A DNA stretch of 64,000 nt from Escherichia coli O157:H7 (lineage in GTDB: Bacteria > Pseudomonadota > Gammaproteobacteria > Enterobacterales > Enterobacteriaceae): the NCBI RefSeq assembly GCF_013167455.1, contig NZ_CP038328.1; one strand, written 5' to 3'. A program made the translations under genes and the position numbers. Shown one piece after another: positions 27,028 to 39,795 of this stretch. Position 1 is the first letter of the stretch. Every line of letters starts with the position of its first letter. The notes beneath the pieces were generated by a model. The model made no database searches. It was not told the origin of the DNA and saw only the letters and a program-made list of their open reading frames with translations.

Positions 27028-28077
27028 TTAACGGAGTCTATAGCCTTCTTCTAGCACCGCCTGTGTTCGAACGAGTTCATCCGCGAGTCGTTTTTCATCA
27101 GGTAGTTGCATCTTATATTCACTCGCCAGAACGGTGTTAGGCAAACCAGCCAGTGCATAATGCGCTTCTCCGACTCCTTTCTCTGCACAGAGAACCAGAC
27201 CGATGGGCGGATTTTCATCCGGTAGCGTCCAGTGCTCTTTGGCGTAGTTGAGATACATATTCATCTGTCCGGCATCGCTATAGCTGAATTTGCCCACTTT
27301 TAGATCGACGATTAGCAGGCAGCGTAAACGGCGGTGGAAAAACAGCAGATCGACACGAAACCAGTTGTCATCAATGCGTAACCTTCGCTGCCGACCAACA
27401 AAGGCAAAATCATCCCCAAGTTCCAGCATGAAATCCATCAGGTGGTTGATCAGCGCCTCCTCAAAATCGGATTCTGAGTATTCATCTTTCAATTCCAGAA
27501 ATTCGAGCACAAAGGGATCGCGTATCGCCTGTTGCGGAAGAATATGCGTCTCGGCAGGAGCGTGTTGTTGCAGCATGGCTGATTTGTCATGTGACAGCAG
27601 TGTTCGCTCATAAAATTGGGTCGCAATTTGCCGTTCTAGCTGGCGAACAGACCAGCCACAGCGGAGCGTCTCTTTTTCATAAAAGCTGCGGGTGTCAGCG
27701 TTTTTAACGGAAAGTAAACGGACGTAAGTGGACCAGGGCAATGGTGTTAATTCGCCAGACACTGTCTGGCGAATTTCAACATGTTGAAAAAAGAGGTAAA
27801 AAAGCCTCATTTGGCGTAAGTTTTTTGCAGAGAACCCACGCTTATACCTTAGACTTAAATCCTTTGATAGTCGCTTGATTAGCTGCGCACCATACGCAGC
27901 CCTGGCCTCGCCACCTTGTTCAAATTCGACAATTCGTCGGCCAATTTCCCAGTATGTCGCGGTCATCAGCGCGTTAACGCTACGTACCGTTTCCGTCCGG
28001 GCGCTATCGACCAGGTGAATAATACCGTCGTGGATTTGCTGGTAGCCTGTTGAGGTTCTCTCTGAGAGCGATTCCAT
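27028..28077 (-). CDS. yhcG: DUF1016 / PD-(D/E)XK nuclease-like protein YhcG
   Basis: 349-aa ORF; C-terminal nuclease-like motifs ...RVDLLFF... and ...IVDLKVGK...; convergent with nanQ; begins 183 bp after the gltD stop. Confidence 0.8.
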   Translation of the reverse strand: MESLSERTSTGYQQIHDGIIHLVDSARTETVRSVNALMTATYWEIGRRIVEFEQGGEARAAYGAQLIKRLSKDLSLRYKRGFSAKNLRQMRLFYLFFQHVEIRQTVSGELTPLPWSTYVRLLSVKNADTRSFYEKETLRCGWSVRQLERQIATQFYERTLLSHDKSAMLQQHAPAETHILPQQAIRDPFVLEFLELKDEYSESDFEEALINHLMDFMLELGDDFAFVGRQRRLRIDDNWFRVDLLFFHRRLRCLLIVDLKVGKFSYSDAGQMNMYLNYAKEHWTLPDENPPIGLVLCAEKGVGEAHYALAGLPNTVLASEYKMQLPDEKRLADELVRTQAVLEEGYRLR

Positions 28078-28260
28078 TATCTTTCCCTTTATATGGCGCA
28101 GTGTTGAATAATGGAATCAGCTATACGCCGGGCATCTGCCGGTAACAATCCAGATGTGCGTATTACATTGGTTTTCTTCAGATTATGCGAGGCGCTTTCC
28201 AGAACGAAAGGAGAATTTCAGCGCCGACTCTTTTCTGAGGAGGCGGCGCTGGGACAGAGC

Positions 28261-29691
<1,431 letters not shown>

Positions 29692-32600
29692 TTACTGCGC
29701 CTGCACGCGCAACTCTGCTGCGCTACGACTACGATGACCCAGCAGTGCTTTGACATCACTGGACTTCGGTTTAACCAGCGCAAATTTAGTGGCGAAGGTT
29801 GACCAGTTCGCCAGAATCTCTTCACCACGCTGGGAACCGGTATGCTGCACATGCTCGGTGATAAGACCACGCAGATGCTCTTCATGGATCGCCAAATCGT
29901 CAACGCTTAATACTTCCACCAGTTCCGGGTTAACGCGTTTGCGGAAATCGCCGCTTTCATCGAGAACGTAAGCGAAGCCGCCGGTCATACCCGCACCGAA
30001 GTTAACGCCGGTTTTACCCAGAATACAGACGATACCGCCCGTCATATATTCACAGCCGTTGTCGCCAATGCCTTCTACCACGGTGATTGCACCGGAGTTA
30101 CGCACGCCGAAACGTTCACCCGCGCGGCCTGCGGCATACAGACGACCACCCGTCGCTCCATACAGGCAGGTGTTGCCGATAATACTTGCTTCATGGCTGC
30201 GGAAGGCGGAACCAACCGGAGGACGAATGGCGATTAAGCCGCCCGCCATGCCTTTACCGACATAGTCGTTGGCATCACCGGTCAGGTACAGTTCCACGCC
30301 GCCCGCGTTCCACACGCCGAAGCTCTGGCCTGCGGTGCCGTTGAAGTACGCTTTAATCGGATCGGCTGCCAGCCCCTGATCGCCGTGCGTCTGGGCGATA
30401 TAGCCTGAAAGCGACGCGCCGACAGAGCGGTCGGTGTTGCGGATATCGAACCAGAAGGTTTTGCTCTGGCGCTCATCGACAAACGGTTTCGCCTGTTGCA
30501 GCAACTGCGCGTTCAGCAGGCCGTTATCAAACGGCGGGTTGGTTTCGGTGCAGTAGAGTGCCTTACCTGGATGCGGTTCGGCGGTCTCCAGCAGCTTCGA
30601 CAGCGCCAGTTTCTGCTGTTTGGCGGTGAAACCGTCCAGCTCTTTCAGCAGGTCGGTGCGACCAATCAGATCCACCAGACGTGTTACGCCAAGCTGTGCC
30701 ATCAGCTCGCGGGTTTCACGGGCGATAAACTCAAAGTAATTCGTCACCTTGAACGGCAGGCCGTGATAGTGATTCTTACGCAGTTTGTCATCCTGAGTTG
30801 CCACACCCGTTGCGCAGTTGTTCAGGTGGCAAATACGCAGATATTTACAGCCGAGCGCGACCATTGGGCCAGTGCCGAAGCCGAAGCTTTCTGCGCCGAG
30901 AATCGCCGCTTTGATGATATCGACACCCGTTTTCAGGCCGCCATCGACCTGCAAACGGATTTTATGACGCAAGCCGTTGGCAACCAGCGCCTGTTGTGTT
31001 TCAACAAGTCCCAGCTCCCACGGACAGCCTGCGTATTTCACCGATGAAAGCGGACTTGCGCCGGTGCCGCCGTCATAGCCTGCGATGGTGATTAAATCGG
31101 CATAAGCTTTCGCCACACCGGTGGCGATGGTGCCAACGCCCGGTTCGGAAACCAGCTTCACGGAGATCATCGCTTTCGGGTTAACCTGCTTGAGGTCGAA
31201 AATGAGCTGCGCTAAGTCTTCGATAGAGTAGATATCGTGGTGCGGCGGCGGGGAGATCAGCGTCACGCCCGGCACCGAATAGCGCAGTTTGGCAATGTAA
31301 GGAGTGACTTTGTCGCCCGGCAACTGACCGCCTTCGCCCGGCTTCGCGCCCTGGGCGACTTTAATCTGAATGACGTCGGCATTGACCAGATACGCCGGAG
31401 TAACCCCAAAGCGACCGGAAGCCACCTGCTTGATGCGCGACACTTTGTTGGTGCCGTAGCGCGCCGGGTCTTCACCACCTTCACCGGAGTTCGAGTTTCC
31501 GCCGATGCTGTTCATCGCTTCCGCCAGCGCCTCGTGGGCTTCCGGGCTTAACGCGCCGATAGACATCGCCGCGGTATCGAAGCGTTTAAACAGTTCGCTT
31601 GCCGGTTCAACATCGGCAATGTTGACCGCGTTTTCACCCGGCGTAATTGCCAGCAGATCGCGCAGCGTGGTTGCCGGACGCTCATTAACCAGCTTCGCGT
31701 ATTCCTGATAGTCGCTATACTCGCCGCTCTGTACCGCCTGTTGCAGCGTGCGCACCACGTCCGGGTTGTAGGCGTGGTATTCGCCGCCGTGGACGTATTT
31801 CAGCAGGCCGCCCTGGCTGATGGGCTTGCGCGCCAGCCAGGCTCGTTTCGAGAGATTCAGCAGATCCTGCTGGAAGTCTTCAAAGCTCGCCCCCCCAATG
31901 CGGCTGACCGCCCCCTGGAAGCACAGGCCCACTACATCATTGTGCAGACCGACCGCTTCAAACAGTTTCGAGCAGCGGTAAGAGGCGATGGTGGAGATGC
32001 CCATTTTGGACATGATTTTGTACAAGCCTTTGTTGATGCCGTTACGGTAGTTGAGCATCACGGTACGATAATCTTTGGCAATCGCGTGGGTGTCTACCAG
32101 GCGGCCCAGCGTTTCATAGGCAAGGTACGGATAAATAGCCGTCGCGCCGAAACCCAGCAACACGGCGAAGTGGTGCGGATCGCGGGCGCTGGCGGTTTCG
32201 ACGATGATGTTGGCATCGCAACGCAGGCTTTGATCGACCAGACGGGTCTGGATCGCGCCAACCGCCATTGGAGCCGGAACCGGCAGGCGATCTTTAGCGA
32301 TATTCCGGTCGGAGAGCACCAGCAGCACGGTGCCGCTACGTACCATTTTTTCGGCTTTGTCGCACAGCTCTTTGACCGTCGCTTCGAGCGTGGTTTTGGT
32401 GACGTCAAAGGTGATATCCAGCGTATCTGCGCGGTAGTGCTCCTCTTTCATCGTCGTGAGCTGTTTGAAATCGGAGTAGAGCAGAATCGGCGATTTAAAG
32501 CTTAAACGGTGCGCCTGGCCCTCTGCTTCGCAAAAGACGTTCATTTCACGACCGATACTGGTGGCGAGCGACATAACATGCGCTTCACGCAGCGGGTCGA

Positions 32601-34245
32601 TTGGCGGGTTAGTCACCTGGGCAAACTGCTGGCGGAAGTAGTCGTAAATAATGCGCGGCTGACTGGAGAGCACGGCGAATGGGGTATCATCGCCCATCGA
32701 ACCGACCGCTTCCTGACCGTTTTCGCCCAGTACGCGAATTACGGAGTCCAGCTCTTCCGCGCTGTAGTTAAACTGTTTCTGGTAGCTGGCAAGCGTGTCG
32801 TCGTCCAGTTCGCGGCTACCCACTTCTTCATCGGGCAGATCTTCAAACGGTACCAGTCGGCGGACGTTTTTCTCCATCCACTCTTTATAAGGGTGGCGGC
32901 TTTTCAGATCGTCATCGGTTTCTGCCGAGTGCAGAATACGCCCACTGCGAGTGTCGATTACCATCAGTTCGCCTGGCCCGACGCGGCCTTTTTCGACCAC
33001 TTCGTCAGGCTGGTAATCCCAGATACCGACTTCAGAGGCGCAGGTGATGAGCTTATCTTTGGTGATGACGTAGCGCGCCGGACGCAGACCGTTACGGTCG
33101 AGGTTACAGGCAGCAAAACGACCGTCAGACATCACGATGCCCGCCGGGCCATCCCACGGCTCCATATGCATGGAGTTAAAGTCAAAGAAGGCACGCAGTT
33201 CCGGGTCCATATCCGGGTTGTTCTGCCAGGCGGGTGGTACTAATAGACGCATGGCGCGGATGATATCCATCCCGCCTGCCAGCAGCAGTTCCAGCATGTT
33301 ATCCATCGAACTGGAGTCAGAGCCGATTTCGTTGACGAACGGTGCGGCGTCGTGCAGGTCAGGGATAAGCGGTGTCTGGAATTTATAAGTACGCGCACGC
33401 GCCCATTGGCGGTTACCGGTGATGGTGTTGATTTCACCGTTATGCGCCAGGTAGCGGAACGGTTGCGCCAGCGGCCAGCGCGGTACGGTGTTAGTGGAGA
33501 AGCGCTGGTGGAACAGGCAAATGGCCGATTCCAGACGCAGGTCCGCAAGATCTAGATAAAAGCGCGGCAGATCCGCCGGCATACACAGACCTTTATAGAT
33601 GTTCACCAGATTCGACAGGCTACAGACGTAGAAGTCTTTGTCGGCTTCGAGACGCTTTTCAATGCGGCGGCGGGCGATAAACAGACGGCGCTCCATATCG
33701 CGCGGACGCCAGCCTGCCGGGGCGTTCACAAAAATTTGCTCAATGCGTGGCAGAGAGGAGAGGGCGATTTCACCCAGCACGCCTTCGTTAGTGGGGACAT
33801 CACGCCAGCCCACAATCGACAAGGTTTCGCGTTGCAGCTCTTCTTCAACGATGCGGCGTGCGGCAGCGGCGAGTTCAGGATCTTTATTCAGGAAGAGCAT
33901 CCCGACGGCGTAGTTTTTCGCTAAACGCCAGCCGCGCTCCTGCGCAACGATGCGAAAAAAGCGATCCGGTTTTTGTAACAGCAAGCCGCAACCGTCACCG
34001 GTTTTACCATCGGCGAGAATCGCGCCACGGTGCTGCATGCGGGCCAGTGCGTGTATTGCAGTACGCACTACCTTGTGGCTAGGTTCGCCTTCTATGTGGG
34101 CGATCAGGCCGAAACCACAGTTATCCCTCTCAAGGGATTTATCGTACAACATATCGTGAACCTCCCCCAGGCTCTGCGGGAACCCCACTTCCGAACCGCT
34201 GCGCACGGGCACAGAAAGAGCGTGGCGACGGGGTTTGCGTGTCAT
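29692..34245 (-). CDS. gltB: Glutamate synthase (NADPH) large subunit
   Basis: 1517 aa from ATG 34245 ([12 protein letters not shown]...), with the Ntn amidotransferase Cys after the propeptide (...RDNCGFG); ORF-track start lies 5 codons upstream. Confidence 0.95.
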   Translation of the reverse strand: MTRKPRRHALSVPVRSGSEVGFPQSLGEVHDMLYDKSLERDNCGFGLIAHIEGEPSHKVVRTAIHALARMQHRGAILADGKTGDGCGLLLQKPDRFFRIVAQERGWRLAKNYAVGMLFLNKDPELAAAARRIVEEELQRETLSIVGWRDVPTNEGVLGEIALSSLPRIEQIFVNAPAGWRPRDMERRLFIARRRIEKRLEADKDFYVCSLSNLVNIYKGLCMPADLPRFYLDLADLRLESAICLFHQRFSTNTVPRWPLAQPFRYLAHNGEINTITGNRQWARARTYKFQTPLIPDLHDAAPFVNEIGSDSSSMDNMLELLLAGGMDIIRAMRLLVPPAWQNNPDMDPELRAFFDFNSMHMEPWDGPAGIVMSDGRFAACNLDRNGLRPARYVITKDKLITCASEVGIWDYQPDEVVEKGRVGPGELMVIDTRSGRILHSAETDDDLKSRHPYKEWMEKNVRRLVPFEDLPDEEVGSRELDDDTLASYQKQFNYSAEELDSVIRVLGENGQEAVGSMGDDTPFAVLSSQPRIIYDYFRQQFAQVTNPPIDPLREAHVMSLATSIGREMNVFCEAEGQAHRLSFKSPILLYSDFKQLTTMKEEHYRADTLDITFDVTKTTLEATVKELCDKAEKMVRSGTVLLVLSDRNIAKDRLPVPAPMAVGAIQTRLVDQSLRCDANIIVETASARDPHHFAVLLGFGATAIYPYLAYETLGRLVDTHAIAKDYRTVMLNYRNGINKGLYKIMSKMGISTIASYRCSKLFEAVGLHNDVVGLCFQGAVSRIGGASFEDFQQDLLNLSKRAWLARKPISQGGLLKYVHGGEYHAYNPDVVRTLQQAVQSGEYSDYQEYAKLVNERPATTLRDLLAITPGENAVNIADVEPASELFKRFDTAAMSIGALSPEAHEALAEAMNSIGGNSNSGEGGEDPARYGTNKVSRIKQVASGRFGVTPAYLVNADVIQIKVAQGAKPGEGGQLPGDKVTPYIAKLRYSVPGVTLISPPPHHDIYSIEDLAQLIFDLKQVNPKAMISVKLVSEPGVGTIATGVAKAYADLITIAGYDGGTGASPLSSVKYAGCPWELGLVETQQALVANGLRHKIRLQVDGGLKTGVDIIKAAILGAESFGFGTGPMVALGCKYLRICHLNNCATGVATQDDKLRKNHYHGLPFKVTNYFEFIARETRELMAQLGVTRLVDLIGRTDLLKELDGFTAKQQKLALSKLLETAEPHPGKALYCTETNPPFDNGLLNAQLLQQAKPFVDERQSKTFWFDIRNTDRSVGASLSGYIAQTHGDQGLAADPIKAYFNGTAGQSFGVWNAGGVELYLTGDANDYVGKGMAGGLIAIRPPVGSAFRSHEASIIGNTCLYGATGGRLYAAGRAGERFGVRNSGAITVVEGIGDNGCEYMTGGIVCILGKTGVNFGAGMTGGFAYVLDESGDFRKRVNPELVEVLSVDDLAIHEEHLRGLITEHVQHTGSQRGEEILANWSTFATKFALVKPKSSDVKALLGHRSRSAAELRVQAQ

Positions 34246-34825
34246 ACGCGCGCCTCGCATTCGCCCCCTTGTTGTCCTTTTCGCATCGGTTAATACGGTG
34301 AAGAGGGGATCTCAATTACTGCATAAATATGATGAGCAGGCTGCTCATCCAGAAAGCTTCCAGCGGATTTCCAACTTATCGGGAAAGCTGATACAGGTCA
34401 AATGGCAAGCTTATTGGTACAGAAATGTGCTTTAGCGCAAAATTCTTTATTAATTGACTGAAATTAAAATGGATTTTCTAATTAAGGCTAAAAGGGGCGT
34501 CGTTAGAGAAACAGCCAATTCCTGACTGTCATAAAGGCGTGTTAACCCTTATCCTGCCTTGAACTGACGAGAAAACCAGCATTTTATACTGCCTTAATTG
34601 GTAATGACGTTTCATGCTACTGTTTTGCCTAAAATCCATAAGGAGATAAAAAAATCTGACACAAGATAAGCAAAAGTGATTTATGTGATTATGCATGAAA
34701 TTTCGGTAATTTTGATTGGTTATGCAGTTGATAAAAGCAGGCCGGGACGATTGATCCAAGTCATCGCCGAATTGAGCTAAAAATGGCAGGCTTTGGCCTC
34801 TTTTCAAGGCGCGGTCTATCAGATT

Positions 34826-35755
34826 ATGCAGTTACAGAAATTAGTCAATATGTTTGGTGGTGATCTCACCCGTCGTTATGGGCAAAAGGTGCATAAGCTG
34901 ACGCTGCACGGCGGTTTTAGCTGCCCTAACCGTGACGGTACCATCGGGCGTGGCGGCTGCACATTCTGTAATGTTGCCTCATTTGCCGATGAAGCGCAGC
35001 AACATCGTTCCATTGCCGAGCAACTGGCGCACCAGGCGAATTTAGTTAACCGCGCTAAACGCTATCTGGCCTACTTTCAGGCGTATACCAGCACCTTTGC
35101 GGAAGTTCAGGTGCTGCGTTCTATGTATCAGCAGGCGGTGAGCCAGGCCAATATTGTCGGTTTGTGTGTTGGTACTCGCCCGGACTGCGTGCCGGATGCG
35201 GTGCTGGATCTGCTTTGCGAATATAAGGACCAGGGCTACGAAGTGTGGCTGGAGCTGGGGCTACAAACCGCCCACGACAAAACCCTGCATCGCATTAATC
35301 GCGGCCATGATTTTGCCTGTTATCAGCGTACAACCCAGCTGGCACGTCAGCGCGGGCTGAAGGTGTGTTCTCACTTAATTGTCGGCCTGCCTGGCGAAGG
35401 GCAGGCTGAATGTTTGCAAACGCTGGAGCGAGTGGTTGAAACCGGCGTGGACGGCATAAAGCTGCATCCGCTGCATATTGTGAAAGGCAGCATTATGGCG
35501 AAAGCCTGGGAAGCGGGGCGTTTGAACGGTATTGAACTGGAGGATTACACGCTCACTGCCGGAGAAATGATTCGCCATACGCCACCGGAAGTGATCTACC
35601 ACCGCATTTCCGCCAGCGCCCGTCGCCCGACGCTGCTTGCTCCTCTGTGGTGCGAAAATCGATGGACGGGAATGGTCGAGCTGGATCGCTATCTGAATGA
35701 ACATGGCGTACAGGGATCGGCGCTGGGACGTCCGTGGCTACCTCCAACGGAGTAG
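34826..35755 (+). CDS. yhcC: Radical SAM family protein YhcC
   Basis: 309 aa from ATG 34826; Cys cluster CPNRDGTIGRGGCTFC. Confidence 0.85.
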   Translation: MQLQKLVNMFGGDLTRRYGQKVHKLTLHGGFSCPNRDGTIGRGGCTFCNVASFADEAQQHRSIAEQLAHQANLVNRAKRYLAYFQAYTSTFAEVQVLRSMYQQAVSQANIVGLCVGTRPDCVPDAVLDLLCEYKDQGYEVWLELGLQTAHDKTLHRINRGHDFACYQRTTQLARQRGLKVCSHLIVGLPGEGQAECLQTLERVVETGVDGIKLHPLHIVKGSIMAKAWEAGRLNGIELEDYTLTAGEMIRHTPPEVIYHRISASARRPTLLAPLWCENRWTGMVELDRYLNEHGVQGSALGRPWLPPTE

Positions 35756-35850
35756 GTCGTTGAGGGGAATTCCGCATTTCTCACACAATTTATAACGTAA
35801 CTGTCAGAATTGGGTATTATTGGGGCAGGTTGTCGTGAAGGAATTCCCTA

Positions 35851-38187
35851 ATGAAGCAAATTCGTCTGCTGGCGCAGTATTATGTTGACCTGATGATGAA
35901 GTTAGGTCTGGTGCGCTTCTCAATGTTGCTGGCGCTGGCCCTCGTCGTTCTTGCCATTGTGGTACAAATGGCGGTAACCATGGTGCTGCATGGTCAGGTC
36001 GAAAGCATTGATGTTATTCGTTCTATCTTCTTTGGTTTGCTGATTACGCCGTGGGCGGTCTACTTTCTATCGGTGGTCGTCGAGCAACTGGAGGAGTCAC
36101 GACAACGTCTGTCACGGCTGGTGCAAAAACTGGAGGAGATGCGCGAGCGCGATTTGAGCCTCAACGTTCAGTTAAAAGATAATATTGCCCAGCTAAATCA
36201 GGAAATTGCCGTTCGTGAAAAAGCGGAAGCAGAACTGCAGGAAACCTTCGGCCAACTGAAAATTGAAATCAAAGAGCGCGAAGAGACACAAATTCAGCTC
36301 GAGCAGCAATCCTCATTTTTACGTTCCTTCCTTGATGCTTCACCCGACCTGGTTTTTTATCGTAACGAAGATAAAGAGTTTTCCGGCTGTAACCGCGCGA
36401 TGGAGCTGCTGACCGGAAAAAGCGAAAAACAACTGGTTCACCTGAAACCTGCTGATGTTTACTCACCGGAAGCCGCTGCGAAAGTCATTGAAACCGATGA
36501 AAAAGTGTTCCGTCATAATGTGTCACTGACCTATGAGCAGTGGCTGGATTATCCCGACGGACGCAAAGCCTGCTTTGAAATTCGTAAAGTGCCGTACTAC
36601 GACCGCGTGGGTAAACGTCACGGTTTGATGGGCTTTGGTCGCGACATTACCGAGCGTAAGCGGTATCAGGATGCGCTTGAACGCGCCAGCCGCGACAAAA
36701 CGACGTTTATTTCCACCATCAGCCACGAATTGCGTACACCGCTGAACGGTATCGTCGGCCTGAGCCGCATTCTGCTGGATACCGAACTCACCGCCGAGCA
36801 GGAAAAATATCTCAAGACCATCCATGTTTCGGCCGTCACGCTGGGGAATATCTTTAACGATATTATCGACATGGATAAGATGGAACGGCGCAAGGTCCAG
36901 CTTGATAATCAACCGGTTGATTTCACCAGCTTCCTTGCCGATCTGGAAAATCTCTCCGCATTGCAGGCGCAACAAAAAGGATTGCGCTTTAACCTGGAGC
37001 CGACGCTGCCATTACCGCATCAGGTCATTACCGACGGGACGCGTTTACGGCAGATCCTGTGGAACCTCATCAGTAACGCCGTCAAATTCACCCAGCAAGG
37101 CCAGGTTACCGTGCGCGTGCGCTACGATGAAGGCGATATGCTGCATTTTGAAGTGGAAGATTCTGGTATCGGCATTCCGCAGGATGAGCTGGATAAAATC
37201 TTCGCCATGTATTACCAGGTGAAAGACAGTCATGGCGGTAAACCTGCCACCGGCACCGGTATTGGTCTGGCCGTTTCTCGTCGTCTGGCGAAAAATATGG
37301 GCGGCGATATTACGGTTACCAGCGAACAGGGTAAAGGTTCAACCTTTACGTTGACGATCCACGCACCGTCGGTAGCAGAAGAGGTCGATGATGCGTTTGA
37401 TGAAGACGATATGCCTTTACCGGCGCTGAATGTGCTGCTGGTGGAAGACATTGAACTGAACGTGATTGTCGCGCGTTCTGTGCTGGAAAAATTAGGTAAC
37501 AGCGTTGATGTCGCCATGACCGGCAAGGCGGCGCTGGAGATGTTTAAACCGGGCGAATACGACCTGGTGTTGCTGGATATTCAGTTGCCAGATATGACCG
37601 GGCTGGATATCTCTCGTGAACTGACGAAGCGTTATCCGCGAGAGGATTTACCGCCGCTGGTGGCCTTAACCGCTAACGTGCTGAAAGACAAACAAGAGTA
37701 CCTCAATGCTGGAATGGATGATGTGCTGAGTAAGCCGCTTTCTGTTCCGGCGCTAACCGCGATGATCAAGAAATTCTGGGATACCCAGGATGATGAGGAG
37801 AGTACGGTGACGACAGAAGAGAACAGTAAATCAGAAGCATTGCTCGATATTCCCATGCTGGAACAGTATCTCGAACTTGTAGGACCGAAGCTGATCACCG
37901 ACGGGTTAGCGGTGTTTGAGAAGATGATGCCAGGCTATGTCAACGTGCTGGAGTCGAATCTGACGGCGCAGGATAAAAAAGGCATTGTTGAGGAAGGACA
38001 TAAAATTAAAGGTGCGGCGGGGTCAGTGGGGTTGCGCCATCTGCAACAGCTGGGTCAGCAAATTCAGTCTCCTGACCTTCCCGCCTGGGAAGATAACGTC
38101 GGTGAATGGATTGAAGAGATGAAAGAAGAGTGGCGTCACGACGTAGAAGTGCTGAAAGCGTGGGTGGCAAAAGCCACTAAAAAATGA
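35851..38187 (+). CDS. arcB: Hybrid sensor histidine kinase ArcB
   Basis: 778 aa; two N-terminal TM helices, PAS, H-box SHELRTPLN, HATPase, receiver and C-terminal HPt domains. Confidence 0.95.
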   Translation: MKQIRLLAQYYVDLMMKLGLVRFSMLLALALVVLAIVVQMAVTMVLHGQVESIDVIRSIFFGLLITPWAVYFLSVVVEQLEESRQRLSRLVQKLEEMRERDLSLNVQLKDNIAQLNQEIAVREKAEAELQETFGQLKIEIKEREETQIQLEQQSSFLRSFLDASPDLVFYRNEDKEFSGCNRAMELLTGKSEKQLVHLKPADVYSPEAAAKVIETDEKVFRHNVSLTYEQWLDYPDGRKACFEIRKVPYYDRVGKRHGLMGFGRDITERKRYQDALERASRDKTTFISTISHELRTPLNGIVGLSRILLDTELTAEQEKYLKTIHVSAVTLGNIFNDIIDMDKMERRKVQLDNQPVDFTSFLADLENLSALQAQQKGLRFNLEPTLPLPHQVITDGTRLRQILWNLISNAVKFTQQGQVTVRVRYDEGDMLHFEVEDSGIGIPQDELDKIFAMYYQVKDSHGGKPATGTGIGLAVSRRLAKNMGGDITVTSEQGKGSTFTLTIHAPSVAEEVDDAFDEDDMPLPALNVLLVEDIELNVIVARSVLEKLGNSVDVAMTGKAALEMFKPGEYDLVLLDIQLPDMTGLDISRELTKRYPREDLPPLVALTANVLKDKQEYLNAGMDDVLSKPLSVPALTAMIKKFWDTQDDEESTVTTEENSKSEALLDIPMLEQYLELVGPKLITDGLAVFEKMMPGYVNVLESNLTAQDKKGIVEEGHKIKGAAGSVGLRHLQQLGQQIQSPDLPAWEDNVGEWIEEMKEEWRHDVEVLKAWVAKATKK

Positions 38188-38299
38188 CCCCGGCTAGACC
38201 GGGGTGCGCGAATACTGCGCCAACACCAGGGAAATCTTGGCTGCGCCGTAAATTATTATGATGAGTTACAAGGGCACTGCACTGTTTTTCAGGCCGCAC
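38179..38299 (-). ncRNA. arcZ: Hfq-dependent small RNA ArcZ (SraH/RyhA)
   Basis: minus-strand sequence GTGCGGCCTGAAAAACAGTGC...GGCGCAGCCAAGATTTCCCTGGTGTTGGCGCAGTATTCGCGCACCCCGGTCTAGCCGGGGTCATTTTTT matches ArcZ as I recall it; 3' hairpin plus U-run overlaps the arcB stop codon. Confidence 0.8.
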
Positions 38300-38416
38300 G
38301 CAGTTAAGATAGCAAAACTTAAATGATTTGTTACATGAATCAGTTAAATGTGTGATGCGTACCATTTTTATTAAAAAAATTAATGTGTTTCAGTCAATTG
38401 CGAAAGGATGATCATA

Positions 38417-39070
38417 ATGAAGAAAATTGGCGTAATTCTGAGCGGATGCGGCGTCTATGACGGTTCTGAAATTCATGAAGCGGTGTTGACGTTGTTAGCT
38501 ATTTCACGCAGCGGTGCGCAGGCGGTCTGCTTTGCACCGGATAAGCAGCAGGTTGATGTTATCAATCATTTAACTGGCGAAGCGATGACGGAAACGCGCA
38601 ATGTGCTGATTGAAGCGGCACGAATAACGCGCGGTGAAATCCGTCCTCTGGCCCAGGCCGATGCCGCTGAACTGGATGCGTTGATTGTGCCGGGGGGGTT
38701 TGGCGCGGCAAAGAATTTAAGCAATTTTGCCAGTCTTGGTCGCGAATGCACCGTTGACCGTGAATTAAAGGCGCTGGCACAAGCGATGCATCAGGCCGGA
38801 AAACCGCTTGGTTTTATGTGTATTGCCCCGGCGATGCTGCCGAAAATTTTCGATTTCCCGCTGCGTTTGACCATCGGTACTGATATCGATACCGCAGAAG
38901 TGCTGGAAGAGATGGGCGCGGAGCATGTGCCGTGTCCTGTCGATGATATCGTGGTTGATGAAGACAATAAGATTGTCACCACCCCGGCATATATGCTGGC
39001 GCAGAACATTGCAGAAGCGGCGAGCGGCATTGATAAGCTGGTTTCCCGCGTGCTGGTTCTGGCTGAATGA
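38417..39070 (+). CDS. elbB: Glyoxalase ElbB (DJ-1/PfpI family)
   Basis: 217 aa from ATG 38417 ([21 protein letters not shown]...). Confidence 0.85.
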   Translation: MKKIGVILSGCGVYDGSEIHEAVLTLLAISRSGAQAVCFAPDKQQVDVINHLTGEAMTETRNVLIEAARITRGEIRPLAQADAAELDALIVPGGFGAAKNLSNFASLGRECTVDRELKALAQAMHQAGKPLGFMCIAPAMLPKIFDFPLRLTIGTDIDTAEVLEEMGAEHVPCPVDDIVVDEDNKIVTTPAYMLAQNIAEAASGIDKLVSRVLVLAE

Positions 39071-39795
39071 GTAAAAGCCGCTTAACGGTGTTTAGTTTCG
39101 TTCGCCGTTTTCTTCTGCGGTTAATGGTTGTCCTCGCCGTTTTCTGGGGCGGGGGCATCGCGTTGTTTAGCGTTGCACCTGTTCCCTTCTCTGCGGTAAT
39201 GGTCGAGCGACAGGTCAGCGCCTGGCTGCATGGTAATTTTCGTTACGTGGCACATTCTGACAGGGTCAGTATGGATCAAATCTCGCCGTGGATGGGACTG
39301 GCGGTGATTGCCGCAGAAGATCAGACATTTCCTGAGCACTGGGGCTTTGATGTCGCTTCCATTGAGAAAGCCCTGGCGCACAATGAGCGCAATGAAAACC
39401 GTATTCGCGGTGCTTCAACGATTTCTCAACAGACAGCCAAAAATCTCTTTTTATGGGATGGGCGTAGCTGGGTTCGAAAAGGGCTGGAAGCCGGATTAAC
39501 GCTGGGGATAGAAACTGTCTGGAGCAAAAAGCGTATCCTGACGGTTTACCTGAATATCGCCGAATTTGGCGACGGTGTGTTTGGCGTCGAAGCTGCGGCA
39601 CAACGTTATTTCCACAAACCCGCGAGCAAACTTACCCGATCGGAAGCTGCCTTACTGGCAGCTGTATTACCTAATCCACTTCGTTTCAAAGTCTCCGCGC
39701 CATCGGGCTACGTGCGCAGCCGTCAGGCGTGGATTTTACGGCAGATGTATCAGTTAGGCGGTGAGCCGTTTATGCAACAACACCAGCTGGATTAA
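39067..39795 (+). CDS. mtgA: Monofunctional biosynthetic peptidoglycan transglycosylase
   Basis: 242 aa; N-terminal TM and GT51 motif ([17 protein letters not shown]); overlaps the elbB stop by 4 nt. Confidence 0.9.
   Translation: MSKSRLTVFSFVRRFLLRLMVVLAVFWGGGIALFSVAPVPFSAVMVERQVSAWLHGNFRYVAHSDRVSMDQISPWMGLAVIAAEDQTFPEHWGFDVASIEKALAHNERNENRIRGASTISQQTAKNLFLWDGRSWVRKGLEAGLTLGIETVWSKKRILTVYLNIAEFGDGVFGVEAAAQRYFHKPASKLTRSEAALLAAVLPNPLRFKVSAPSGYVRSRQAWILRQMYQLGGEPFMQQHQLD

Noticed and set aside
31741-33243. Two plus-strand ORFs of 254 and 244 aa
   Set aside because: Both are embedded antisense within gltB, whose 1517-aa minus-strand frame is unambiguous. Shadow ORFs.
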